Source: Faecousia sp. (GTDB lineage: Bacteria > Bacillota > Clostridia > Oscillospirales > Oscillospiraceae). Taken from it: 64,000 bases of DNA. Made by a program: the position numbers and the translations under genes. The notes below the pieces were generated by a model. It worked only from the letters and a program-made list of their open reading frames with translations. It ran no database searches and was not told where the DNA came from. The stretch lies in assembly GCA_045537865.1 (NCBI GenBank), contig JAZSQH010000082.1, positions 3,360-67,359 of the forward strand, in the 5' to 3' direction. Below are positions 22,745 to 31,976 of this stretch, piece after piece; within the stretch, counting starts at the first letter, position 1; every line of letters begins with the position of its first letter.

Positions 22745-23788
22745 ATGAGAGAACAATTAGAGCAAATCAAATTGCAGGCAATGACGGATCTTGAGGCCGC
22801 ATCCTCACTGTCTGAGCTGGAGGAATTGCGTGTACGGCTTCTTGGTAAGAAAGGTGAACTGACCGCTGTTCTGAAGCAAATGGGTCAGCTTTCCCCTGAG
22901 GAGCGCCCTGTAATGGGTCAGATCGCAAACTCTGTTCGCAGCGCCATTGAGGAAAAGCTGGAACAGCGCAAGGCAACGATCAGTGCGGCTGTCATGGAGG
23001 CTAAACTCGTCGAGGAAGCAATTGATGTCACTATCCCCGGTGCACCTGCCGAGTTGGGTCATGAGCACCCAATGAACAAGGTTCTGCAGGAGATCAAAGA
23101 CATTTTTGTTGGTATGGGATACCAGATCGTAGACGGCCCTGAGGTAGAACTGGCTGACTACAACTTCACAAAGCTGAACATTGAGGAAGGCCACCCCTCC
23201 CGTGATCGTTCTGACACATTCTACTTTACAGATGACGACGCTGTATTGCTCCGCACACAGACCAGTCCTATGCAGATTCGTGTCATGGAGAATGCAAAGC
23301 CTCCTATCTGTATTCTTGCGCCTGGCCGTGTTTACCGTAAGGACGAAGCCGATGCAACCCACTCCCCTATGTTCCATCAGATCGAGGGTCTTGTGGTTGA
23401 CGAAAACATTACAATGGGCGACCTGAAGGGCGCACTGGTCACTGTTATGCGCCGTATCTACGGTCAGGATGCACAGATGCGTTTCCGTCCCCACCATTTC
23501 CCCTTTACCGAGCCCAGCTGCGAAATGGACATGCAGTGTCATAAATGTCATGGTACCGGCGAAGTAGACGGTCAGGTTTGCTCTACCTGCCACGGCGAAG
23601 GCTGGATCGAGCTGCTTGGCGCCGGCATGGTGCATCCCAAGGTTTTGGAATGTTGTGGCATTGATCCGGAAAAATACTCCGGTTTTGCATTTGGTATGGG
23701 TCTGGAGCGTATGGCTATGGGTCGTATGCGTATCAACGATCTGCGTCTGATCTTTGATAACGACATTCGCTTCCTGAGCCAATTCTAA
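22745..23788 (+). CDS. pheS: phenylalanine--tRNA ligase alpha subunit
   Basis: Class II motifs (FHQIEG, GAGMVHP, GFAFGMGLERM). ATG 22745 lies 8 nt after AAGGAG. Confidence 0.95.
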   Translation: MREQLEQIKLQAMTDLEAASSLSELEELRVRLLGKKGELTAVLKQMGQLSPEERPVMGQIANSVRSAIEEKLEQRKATISAAVMEAKLVEEAIDVTIPGAPAELGHEHPMNKVLQEIKDIFVGMGYQIVDGPEVELADYNFTKLNIEEGHPSRDRSDTFYFTDDDAVLLRTQTSPMQIRVMENAKPPICILAPGRVYRKDEADATHSPMFHQIEGLVVDENITMGDLKGALVTVMRRIYGQDAQMRFRPHHFPFTEPSCEMDMQCHKCHGTGEVDGQVCSTCHGEGWIELLGAGMVHPKVLECCGIDPEKYSGFAFGMGLERMAMGRMRINDLRLIFDNDIRFLSQF

Positions 23789-23803
23789 GGGGGGTGTTTG
23801 AAC

Positions 23804-26188
23804 ATGAAACTGAATAGAAAGTGGATCAATGAGGAGTTTGTTGATCTGTCCAACATCTCTGATAAGGAATTTGTGGAGACTATGACCATCTTTGGACAGA
23901 AGGTCGAAACCTATGAGCGTCTGGATGCTGATATCAAGAATGTGGTGGTTGGCAAGGTCCTCTCTCTTGTTCGCCATGAGAATTCTGATCACATGTGGAT
24001 TTGTCAAGTGGACGTTGGCGCTGATGAGCCTGTACAGATCGTCACCGGCGCACAGAATGTTCAGGCAGGCGATCTCGTGCCTGCTGCATTGCACAATTCC
24101 TGGCTGCCGGGCGGTGTGCATATTACCAAGGGTAAGCTGCGTGGCGTAGTATCCAACGGCATGCTTTGCTCTCTGAGCGAACTTAAGCTTACTGTTAATG
24201 ATTTCCCCTACGCTATCGAAGATGGTATCTGGATCATTCAGGAGGATTGCAAGCCCGGCGATGACATTAACACCGTCATCGGCAATGACGATACTGTGGT
24301 TGATTTTGAAATTACCAATAATCGTCCGGATTGCTATTCCATCATCGGCCTTGCACGTGAAGCTGCAGCAGCTTTCGGCAAGGAGATGAAACACCACGAA
24401 CCCGTGGTAAACGGCAGTAATGCCGGTTCTATGTACGAAATGTTGGACGTTGAAGTTCCCGCTGAGGAGCTGTGTAATCGTTACACTTCCAGAATGGTTG
24501 CGAACGTCCGTATTGCACCCTCACCCAAGTGGCTGCGGGATCGCCTGCGCGCAAATGGTATCCGTCCTATTAACAACATCGTTGACATCACCAATTATGT
24601 GATGCTGGAGTACGGCCAGCCTATGCATGCATTTGATTATCGCTATGTTGGTTCCGGAAAGATCGTTGTTCGTGAAGCGGAGGAAGGCGAAACACTGACC
24701 ACCCTGGACGGCACAGTCCGTGATTTGAAGCCAGGTATGCTGGTGATCGCTGATGAAAACAAGCCCATCGGTCTTGCCGGTATTATGGGCGGCGAGAATT
24801 CCGAGATTCTTGACGATACTACGACTGTGGTATTTGAATCTGCCAACTTCAATGGCACTTCTATCCGTCAGACAGCATTGGCGCTGGGCATGCGCACAGA
24901 GTCCTCCGGTAAGTTCGAAAAGAATCTTGACCCCATGATGACTGTACCTGCTGTGCAGCGTGCCTGTGAGTTGGTGGAACTGCTTCAGTGCGGCGACGTC
25001 CTGGAGGGTATGATAGACATTATCAACTATGTTCCTGCGCCGAAAACAATGCCGCTGGAAGCAGACAAAATCAACAAGCTTCTGGGAACAAATATCCCTG
25101 AGGCAGATATGGTGCGCTACCTGCAACTGCTGGAGATCCCCGTGGAGAACGGCATGATTCAAGTTCCCTCCTGGCGTCCTGATCTGAATTTGATGGCAGA
25201 TATTGCTGAGGAAGTCGGCAGATCTTACGGCTACAACGAGATCCCCACCACCACGCTGAAAACTTCTACCGAGGGTGGCTATTCTCCCTTTATGAAGTTC
25301 GAGTCAAAGGCAGGCGCTCTCTGCCGTGCATTAGGCTACAGCGAGATCATCACATATTCCTTTGTTTCCCCTACTATTTTCGACAATATCCGTATTCCGG
25401 CTGATTCTGCAATGCGCAACACTTTGCGGATCCAGAATCCCTTGGGCGAGGACACCTCTGTGATGCGTACCACTGCCCTGCCCTCTATGTTGGATATTCT
25501 CTCTCGTAACTATGCATACCACAACAAGAATGTAAGGCTTTATGAAATCGCTAAAATCTATCTGCCTTGTGAGGACGCTGTCCTGCCTAAGGAGGATAAG
25601 ATCCTGATGCTGGGCATTTACGGCGAATCTGCAGATTTCTTTGCAGTCAAGGGTCAGCTGGAGGCCGTGCTGAAAGGTCTGAATGTAAAGAAAGCAAGTT
25701 ACTGCGCTGATACAACAAACCCCTCCTACCATCCCGGTCGGTGCGCAAGCATCTCCATCGACGGAAAGCAGGTTGGTTTTATCGGTCAGATCCACCCCGT
25801 TGTTGCTCAGAACTACGGAATCGACGGTGAGGTATATTGCGCAGAAGTCAATTTCACCGAACTGTACGAATTGCGGTTGCCGGAAGCAACCTATGTTCCC
25901 CTGCCCAAATATCCCGGTGTTTCCAGAGATATTGCAGTTATCTGCGACGAGGCCGTTACCGCTGCACAGGTTGAAAACACCATCTGTTCTGCTGCCGGCA
26001 AGTTACTGCGCGGCACAAAACTCTTTGATATTTATCGTGGAACCGGTATTCCCGAGGGCAAAAAGAGCATGGCTTTCTCTATGGAGCTGCGTGCTGACGA
26101 CAGAACCCTGACCGACACGGATTGCGAGCAAGTAACCAGCAAGGTACTTTCTGCCCTGCAGCGTGAGCTGAATGCAGTACTGCGATAA
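23804..26188 (+). CDS. pheT: phenylalanine--tRNA ligase beta subunit
   Basis: About 794 aa with tRNA-binding, B3/4, B5 and FDX-ACB domain order. It directly follows pheS. Confidence 0.95.
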   Translation: MKLNRKWINEEFVDLSNISDKEFVETMTIFGQKVETYERLDADIKNVVVGKVLSLVRHENSDHMWICQVDVGADEPVQIVTGAQNVQAGDLVPAALHNSWLPGGVHITKGKLRGVVSNGMLCSLSELKLTVNDFPYAIEDGIWIIQEDCKPGDDINTVIGNDDTVVDFEITNNRPDCYSIIGLAREAAAAFGKEMKHHEPVVNGSNAGSMYEMLDVEVPAEELCNRYTSRMVANVRIAPSPKWLRDRLRANGIRPINNIVDITNYVMLEYGQPMHAFDYRYVGSGKIVVREAEEGETLTTLDGTVRDLKPGMLVIADENKPIGLAGIMGGENSEILDDTTTVVFESANFNGTSIRQTALALGMRTESSGKFEKNLDPMMTVPAVQRACELVELLQCGDVLEGMIDIINYVPAPKTMPLEADKINKLLGTNIPEADMVRYLQLLEIPVENGMIQVPSWRPDLNLMADIAEEVGRSYGYNEIPTTTLKTSTEGGYSPFMKFESKAGALCRALGYSEIITYSFVSPTIFDNIRIPADSAMRNTLRIQNPLGEDTSVMRTTALPSMLDILSRNYAYHNKNVRLYEIAKIYLPCEDAVLPKEDKILMLGIYGESADFFAVKGQLEAVLKGLNVKKASYCADTTNPSYHPGRCASISIDGKQVGFIGQIHPVVAQNYGIDGEVYCAEVNFTELYELRLPEATYVPLPKYPGVSRDIAVICDEAVTAAQVENTICSAAGKLLRGTKLFDIYRGTGIPEGKKSMAFSMELRADDRTLTDTDCEQVTSKVLSALQRELNAVLR

Positions 26189-26216
26189 GGAATTTTATAA
26201 AATTTTATTCTGGCAC

Positions 26217-26245
26217 TTTACACGTTGCAGAATTTGGGATATAAT
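26217..26245 (+). promoter_or_regulatory. sigma-A-type promoter of ireB
   Basis: TTTACA (26217-26222), 17 nt, TATAAT (26240-26245). Confidence 0.4.
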
Positions 26246-26275
26246 ATATTCAAGTTTTGGAAGGAGGTCGTTCCC

Positions 26276-26527
26276 ATGACGGAAAACACCATTAAATTTA
26301 CAGTCCCCTGCGATGATAAGGAAAACATGCGTCGTATCCTCCGTAGTGTGTTCGACGCCCTGAACGAAAAAGGTTATAACCCTATCAATCAAATCGTGGG
26401 TTACTTGCTTACCGAGGATCCCACATACATCACAAACTACAACAATGCACGCAGCATGATCTGTAAGTTGGATCGTGATGAACTACTGCAGGCGTTGGTT
26501 CGTTGTTATTTGTTTGACAAGGGTTGA
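26276..26527 (+). CDS. ireB: IreB-family regulatory phosphoprotein (UPF0297)
   Basis: MTENTIKF...VFDALNEKGYNPINQIVGYLLTEDPTYIT matches the conserved IreB/YrzL core. ATG lies behind AAGGAGG. Confidence 0.75.
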   Translation: MTENTIKFTVPCDDKENMRRILRSVFDALNEKGYNPINQIVGYLLTEDPTYITNYNNARSMICKLDRDELLQALVRCYLFDKG

Positions 26528-26551
26528 TCCATCGATTCAACGGAGGTTATC

Positions 26552-26842
26552 ATGGCAGAGGAAAGTAAGATCCTGACCTACAAAGGTCATCCTTTGATGC
26601 GCAAGGACAACCTGATCTACTATGGTTCTATGGCTGATTCTCATATTATTATGATGCAGATCCTGGAAACCAAGCAGGTTGGCGATTGCGAAATTGCCTC
26701 TCGTGTATCCATCCAATTGCAGCTGACCGATCCGTCGGTCAAGAGCCGTGACCGTGTTGTAAAGAAGGGCGAAAAAGCCGGTCTTTACACCGCTCTGGAT
26801 TTTGGCTGCGTATGGCTGGAACGCGCACTGGCAGGTAAATAA
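26552..26842 (+). CDS. hypothetical protein
   Basis: 96-aa ORF with a GGAGG-type SD and a terminator directly downstream. I recognise no family. Confidence 0.4.
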   Translation: MAEESKILTYKGHPLMRKDNLIYYGSMADSHIIMMQILETKQVGDCEIASRVSIQLQLTDPSVKSRDRVVKKGEKAGLYTALDFGCVWLERALAGK

Positions 26843-26849
26843 AATATGA

Positions 26850-26892
26850 GTGCCGACATTCATTAAGGATGTCGGCACTTTTATATTTTTCT
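26850..26892 (+). terminator. intrinsic terminator
   Basis: GTGCCGACAT/ATGTCGGCAC 10-bp stem followed by TTTTATATTTTT. Confidence 0.65.
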
Positions 26893-26930
26893 GAAATCAG
26901 CGCATAATAGCCGTATCAGGAGGCTGTTAT

Positions 26931-27947
26931 ATGGCAAATTTCAAACGAGGAAAACAAAGTTTTATATTGCAAACACCACCGACCATCACGACTTGGGCAA
27001 GCGTAGCCGGCAAGAAAGAGGCGGAGGGTCCACTTGCATCCTATTTTGACGTAACAAAAAACGATACCTACTTTGGCGAAAAAACTTGGGAGCAAGGCGA
27101 AAAAAGAATGCAGCAAACTGCACTGGATGTTCTTGCGCAAAAGTCCGGTATGAATAAACAGGATTTTGACGTAGTATTTTCCGGTGACTTATTAAACCAA
27201 TGCGTTGGTTCGTCATTCACACTGCGCAATGCCGGCGTACCCCACCTTGGCCTGTATGGCGCTTGTTCTACCATGGCCGAAAGTCTGCTGCTTGCATCAA
27301 TGGTTGTTGGTGGTGGTTTTATGAACAATGCAGTGGCTATGACATCATCACACTTTGCATCGTCAGAGCGGCAATATCGCTTCCCCTTGGGGTATGGCGG
27401 TCAACGTACTCCAACTGCTCAATGGACTGTAACCGGCTCGGGCGCCGCTTTGGTGCGTAAAGAAGGAAAAGGTCCTAAAATAACAGCTTGTACAGTGGGT
27501 ACAGTATCAGACCTTGGCATTAAGGACGCAAACAATATGGGCGCTGCTATGGCGCCTGCTGCGCTGGATACCATCTGTGCACATTTTAACGACATGAACA
27601 CCGACGCGGATGATTTCAGTCTCATCGTAACCGGTGATTTGGGACAACTTGGTAAAGAAGTTTTGCTGACACTGGCGCAGAAAAAAGGTATTAGTCTTGG
27701 TGGAAAACTTACAGACTGCGGAACACTTGTGTATGATGTACTAAAGCAGGATGTTCACTGCGGCGGTTCCGGATGTGGCTGCAGTGCAATCACCTTGTGT
27801 GGGTATCTGTTGGATAATCTTAAAAAGGGTAAGTTAAAGAAAATACTATTTTGTGGTACCGGCGCACTGCTATCCCCTACTTCCACACAACAAGGCTTGC
27901 CAATTTCCGGTGTTTGCCACGCAGTTTGTATCAGCGGAGGAGAATAA
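26931..27947 (+). CDS. spoVAD: stage V sporulation protein AD
   Basis: 338-aa thiolase/KAS-III-like fold. The N-terminus ...TWASVAGKKEAEGPL..YFD is typical of SpoVAD. It is followed by spoVAEb. Confidence 0.85.
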   Translation: MANFKRGKQSFILQTPPTITTWASVAGKKEAEGPLASYFDVTKNDTYFGEKTWEQGEKRMQQTALDVLAQKSGMNKQDFDVVFSGDLLNQCVGSSFTLRNAGVPHLGLYGACSTMAESLLLASMVVGGGFMNNAVAMTSSHFASSERQYRFPLGYGGQRTPTAQWTVTGSGAALVRKEGKGPKITACTVGTVSDLGIKDANNMGAAMAPAALDTICAHFNDMNTDADDFSLIVTGDLGQLGKEVLLTLAQKKGISLGGKLTDCGTLVYDVLKQDVHCGGSGCGCSAITLCGYLLDNLKKGKLKKILFCGTGALLSPTSTQQGLPISGVCHAVCISGGE

Positions 27948-28304
27948 ATGGATTATATTAAGGCGTTTGTAATAGGCGGCATATTGTGTGTAATCGGGCA
28001 GATTCTGATTGACAAAACCAAACTGACACCAGCCAGAATATTGGTAAGTTACGTTGTGGCCGGTGTGATCCTATCTGCCGCTGGTTTATATGCTCCGTTG
28101 GCAGATTTTGCCGGCGCAGGCGCAAGTGTACCCTTGACCGGTTTTGGCCACACCCTTGCTAAGGGAGTGCAGGAAGCGATTGCAGAGAATGGGTTTATTG
28201 GTATATTCACCGGCGGATTAAAGGCAACCGCCGGCGGCATTACCATGGCAATATTTGCCGGTTTGATCGTCAGCTTAATATTTAAGGCAAAGGATAAATC
28301 CTAG
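27948..28304 (+). CDS. spoVAE: stage V sporulation protein AEb
   Basis: 118-aa membrane protein with GGILCVIGQILID...FAGAGASVPLTGFG, matching the SpoVAEb/SpoVAC superfamily. The length fits AEb. Confidence 0.8.
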   Translation: MDYIKAFVIGGILCVIGQILIDKTKLTPARILVSYVVAGVILSAAGLYAPLADFAGAGASVPLTGFGHTLAKGVQEAIAENGFIGIFTGGLKATAGGITMAIFAGLIVSLIFKAKDKS

Positions 28305-28364
28305 GAAAACGCGCATGCTAATAATGCGGATCACCGCCACTACTACACCAGGAGGAAGAATTTT

Positions 28365-28478
28365 ATGAACAATAAGAATCAAAAGAACCAGAACAATCAG
28401 AACAATCAGAACAATCAGAACAATCAGAACAATCAGAACAATCAGAACCGTAACAGCCAGAATCAGAACAACCGCTAA
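28365..28478 (+). CDS. candidate 37-aa Asn/Gln-repeat peptide
   Basis: Below the ORF-track cutoff. AGGAGG (28350-28355) lies 9 nt before the ATG. My translation is MNNKNQKNQNNQNNQNNQNNQNNQNNQNRNSQNQNNR. A hairpin lies just downstream. Low-complexity ORFs can be spurious. Confidence 0.35.
   Translation: MNNKNQKNQNNQNNQNNQNNQNNQNNQNRNSQNQNNR
28389..28448 (+). repeat. 9-bp tandem repeat CAGAACAAT, 6 full copies plus a partial copy
   Basis: Read directly: 28389-28442 is six perfect CAGAACAAT units, followed by CAGAAC. Confidence 0.95.
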
Positions 28479-28484
28479 AAGAAA

Positions 28485-28512
28485 AGTCCTCCAACAGTTT
28501 TGTTGGAGGACT
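28485..28512. terminator. hairpin terminator (mainly for addA, possibly bidirectional)
   Basis: AGTCCTCCAACA/TGTTGGAGGACT 12-bp stem. A T-tract (TTTTCTTTT) is present only on the minus-strand side. Confidence 0.55.
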
Positions 28513-28517
28513 AAATC

Positions 28518-31500
28518 TTATATGACATTTACAAATCTGCCAATTTGGAAGAAATACAGCGCTGCTGATTTGATGGGCAGACCGTAAATTCTGGACAAAG
28601 CATCTGCGTATGCACAAATCTGCGGACGGTAATTATCCGCCTTGGTAGACAAAGTCTCCTCTGTGACCCGGTCAGTCTTAAAATCGATAACGGTAATTCC
28701 GTCAGGATCGATCATTGCACAGTCCACAACACCCTGCAAAAGAATACGCTCGCCCTGAATATCCGGATAGTATTTTTCAGCGTCATCCAGTAGGGAGAAC
28801 TTAAATTCCCGCAAAACATGGGGCGCATCACATAAAGCTCTGCCTATGGATGTGGAGAAAAAGTCAGCAATCATTTCAGGCTTCACAGAAGCGTATTCCT
28901 CTTGCGTGATATAGCCATCTGCCGCCAATTTTTTCAATTCTCTGGTCGTACCTGCTAAATCACGGCATGCTGTATACGCAATATGCTGCATAATGGTATG
29001 CAGTAAATTACCGAAGTCCTTACCTTCCTTACCTGCAGATTCAAACATAGGCTTTCGCCAATTTTTGTAAGAAATCGAGGTCTTTCCGGTATTTTCAGCA
29101 ACTTCAGAGTCCTTTATTCGACCCTTCAGCTGGGTTGCCGTCTGCTTGGACGGAACAGATATAGCATTTTTGTGGGGATAGGTATACGCAAGGGATGTAC
29201 GAATACGGCTAACAGTGTCATCACTAAGTTTACAGGTAGCTACATCTGCGGAATTAACCATTGTCTGGGAAAGCGGTGCCGTCACCGGCTGGATATGCCA
29301 GCCTGCCGCATGTTTTTGTAACGCTGTCAGCAGTACCCATTCACCGGGACATGTAACATCACCGGTCAAAAGTCGCATATTGCACATACCGGATCGAAGA
29401 GAAAGATCCGCAATATCATCTTCAAGATTCTTGACCGCATAGGTCATAATCAGACGATCACGGGCTCTTGTCATCGCAACATACAGCACACGCATCTCCT
29501 CAGATATGCCCTGGGCAACAATCTTTGCGCTGATCGCCTTCTTCGCCACGCTGGGATAACGAACTCTATTGACGGTATCAACGCATGACAAGCCCAATCC
29601 TAGTTCCTTGTCGCACAGTACCTGCGCTCTTGCGCTCTCTTGATTGAAAGAGCGGGACAAACACGAAAGAAATACCACCGGGAACTCCAGTCCTTTGGAC
29701 TTGTGGATGCTCATAATAGTAACAGCACCTGCAGCGCCACTGTCACTGTTAGCAGAAAGACCACGCTCACCAAGTACATCCAAATGACGCAAAAACTGCT
29801 TCAGACTGTTAGCTTCTGCCGATTCATAGGCAGATGCCATCTGACAGAAGTACTGCAGATTCTCCAGTCTGATCTCACCGTCAGGCATAGCCGCATATAT
29901 ACTGTCGATCCGTGTAAGAGCTATGATCTTATTCAAAAGCCCGGAAACGGTGTTTAATTGCGACTGCTTCCGTAATTGCTCCAATAATGAAAGAAATTTA
30001 ACAGCTTTCGTCGATGTGTTGTGCCGAATGGCATCATAAATACTGCCATGGCGATGTTCAGCTCTCAGGCTCGCCAGTTCATCTGCCGTAAAACCAATCA
30101 CTCTGCTCAACAGAACACTAAGCAGCGGAATGTCCTGCAGAGGATTATCGATAACCTGCAACAAAGCGGTTAGCACTTCAATTTCCTCAGATTGGAGAAT
30201 GTCCGCTCCCCCGCCGGTGGCGCAACGAATTCCCCGCTTTTCCAGCGCACAGCGGAACTCGCCGCCTACAGAGCCGGGAGAACGCATCAGAATTACGATA
30301 TCCTCCGGTGTAATAGGTCTGAGTTTCTCACCATCTCGTACCATGTGTGAGCCGTCAAGCAGCTGTGCTATACGATCGGCAACAAACTCCGATTCCTCTG
30401 CATAGGTATCCTCTTGAACGTCAATGCCGTATAACTCCACTTCCGGCTCCGGCAGATCGATATGAGGTACACCTTCGTTAAGCTGTTCGCTTTCACCGTA
30501 AACCAATCCGCCGATATCCTCAGACATACACAAAGAAAAAACATCGTTGACAGCACGAATCACACCGCCAGAGGAACGGAAATTGCTGGATAAAAGCACC
30601 TTTCGTCCATCCGGATCTATAGCGCTTGCAGCAGGCAAATAGGTGTTATATTTTTCGATAAATATCTCGGGATCGGCCAGGCGGAACTGATAGATCGACT
30701 GCTTCACATCGCCAACCATGAAACAATTGTGCCTTTTTGCGGTCAAAGCTGAGAAAATAGAGTCCTGCACCTGGTTGGAGTCCTGATATTCATCCACCAT
30801 GACCTCACGAAAGCGTGAACCAACTTCCTCAGCTGCACGTGTTGGTGTTGTGCGATTTTTACCTCTGAACAGATCGAGGCTAAGATGTTCCAGATCTGAG
30901 AAATCTACAATATGTCTGGCATTTTTCAGCTTCTTATAGGCAGAATCATAGGCTTTCACAAGAACGATCAAGCCACGCACGGCGCTGATTGACATTGTTA
31001 GATCATTCAACACTTGCGTGCTGGGCGCAATAAAACTGCGAAGTTTTGCGGTAATTCCCTTTTTGCAAGCTTCACGTACAGCCTTGATCTGATCTATCAG
31101 CTGCAAGTCTGTGCATTTCTTTGAGAATGTCAATCTGCCGTAGTCAATGTCATTGTGGGCAAGAATCTGATCCCAGTTCTGACAATTTCGAAGCAGGCGC
31201 AGCTGATCTGCTGTCGCCGCAAGTAGTTGTGCAGGCTTGTCCATATCGCAGGATGCTGCCGCTCTGTCAGCGCATTGCTGCATTGCATGGATCTGCAGAT
31301 CCAGATACTTATGCAGATCATCGATCAAATACTTACCCCAAACGGTCTGGGATGCATCTGTCATGTCCACTGCGCCGGCAGAGGACACACACCGATCCAA
31401 CCATTGATTGGGATTCAGATGACACATAGCGCTGCTGTGCACCTTCAGAATAATTTCCGGAATCTGCCGGTCATCTCTGCCAAAGCCCTGGCTATCCACA

Positions 31501-31976
31501 AACGCATAGAAGTCGCTGTTGGATTCGTCTGCATAAGCATCATCAAGAACCTGACGGATCGCACGAATTTGCAGTTCTATACATTCATTTTCATCTGCAA
31601 CCCGGAAGTCAGCAGGGATGTCTAGTTGATATGCATACTCATGAAGAATGTCAGAACAAAAAGAGTGGACAGTAGAGATTTTTGCCAAATACAGCCTCTG
31701 CATCTGTTGCTGCAGGTGTCTGTTCTCAGGCTGCATTGCAATTTGTTCCGCAATTTTAGAACCAATTTTGCCACGCAGTTCTGCTGCCGCTGCTTTTGTA
31801 TAGGTAATGATCAAAAAATCGTCAATATTTGCAGGATCAGAAGGATCTGTAATATACCGCAGCAAACGGTCAACCAACACTTTAGTCTTGCCGGAACCGG
31901 CTGCCGCAGATACCAAAAGCGGTCCCCCACGATTCACCACAGCTTCTTTTTGCTGTGGGGTTAACATCTCAGCCAT
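28518..31976 (-). CDS. addA: helicase-nuclease AddAB subunit A
   Basis: 1152 aa with UvrD-like Walker A AAAGSGKT and VDEYQDSN, plus a C-terminal RecB-type nuclease (DFKTD). Its start overlaps the 3' end of addB, which lies upstream on the minus strand. Confidence 0.9.
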   Translation of the reverse strand: MAEMLTPQQKEAVVNRGGPLLVSAAAGSGKTKVLVDRLLRYITDPSDPANIDDFLIITYTKAAAAELRGKIGSKIAEQIAMQPENRHLQQQMQRLYLAKISTVHSFCSDILHEYAYQLDIPADFRVADENECIELQIRAIRQVLDDAYADESNSDFYAFVDSQGFGRDDRQIPEIILKVHSSAMCHLNPNQWLDRCVSSAGAVDMTDASQTVWGKYLIDDLHKYLDLQIHAMQQCADRAAASCDMDKPAQLLAATADQLRLLRNCQNWDQILAHNDIDYGRLTFSKKCTDLQLIDQIKAVREACKKGITAKLRSFIAPSTQVLNDLTMSISAVRGLIVLVKAYDSAYKKLKNARHIVDFSDLEHLSLDLFRGKNRTTPTRAAEEVGSRFREVMVDEYQDSNQVQDSIFSALTAKRHNCFMVGDVKQSIYQFRLADPEIFIEKYNTYLPAASAIDPDGRKVLLSSNFRSSGGVIRAVNDVFSLCMSEDIGGLVYGESEQLNEGVPHIDLPEPEVELYGIDVQEDTYAEESEFVADRIAQLLDGSHMVRDGEKLRPITPEDIVILMRSPGSVGGEFRCALEKRGIRCATGGGADILQSEEIEVLTALLQVIDNPLQDIPLLSVLLSRVIGFTADELASLRAEHRHGSIYDAIRHNTSTKAVKFLSLLEQLRKQSQLNTVSGLLNKIIALTRIDSIYAAMPDGEIRLENLQYFCQMASAYESAEANSLKQFLRHLDVLGERGLSANSDSGAAGAVTIMSIHKSKGLEFPVVFLSCLSRSFNQESARAQVLCDKELGLGLSCVDTVNRVRYPSVAKKAISAKIVAQGISEEMRVLYVAMTRARDRLIMTYAVKNLEDDIADLSLRSGMCNMRLLTGDVTCPGEWVLLTALQKHAAGWHIQPVTAPLSQTMVNSADVATCKLSDDTVSRIRTSLAYTYPHKNAISVPSKQTATQLKGRIKDSEVAENTGKTSISYKNWRKPMFESAGKEGKDFGNLLHTIMQHIAYTACRDLAGTTRELKKLAADGYITQEEYASVKPEMIADFFSTSIGRALCDAPHVLREFKFSLLDDAEKYYPDIQGERILLQGVVDCAMIDPDGITVIDFKTDRVTEETLSTKADNYRPQICAYADALSRIYGLPIKSAALYFFQIGRFVNVI

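Noticed and set aside
22805-24397. 530-aa ORF on the minus strand spanning pheS and pheT
   Set aside because: It lies entirely antisense to two unmistakable synthetase genes. Its translation is low-complexity (H, C, L, T-rich) with no family motif, and it has no SD. It is a shadow ORF.
26881-26930. Sigma-G-type promoter upstream of spoVAD
   Set aside because: A CATAATA -10-like element is present (26903-26909), but I find no acceptable -35 (GHATR) at 17-18 nt. This is too weak to annotate.
28389-28448. Possible CRISPR-like or regulatory repeat array
   Set aside because: The units are 9 bp, directly abutting without spacers, and in frame with a short ORF. This is not CRISPR architecture.
28363-28617. 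84-aa minus-strand ORF with a CSDCSDCSD repeat
   Set aside because: It is the complement of the 9-bp repeat. It starts inside the addA 3' end in another frame, has no SD, and runs through the terminator hairpin. The plus-strand reading has an AGGAGG SD.
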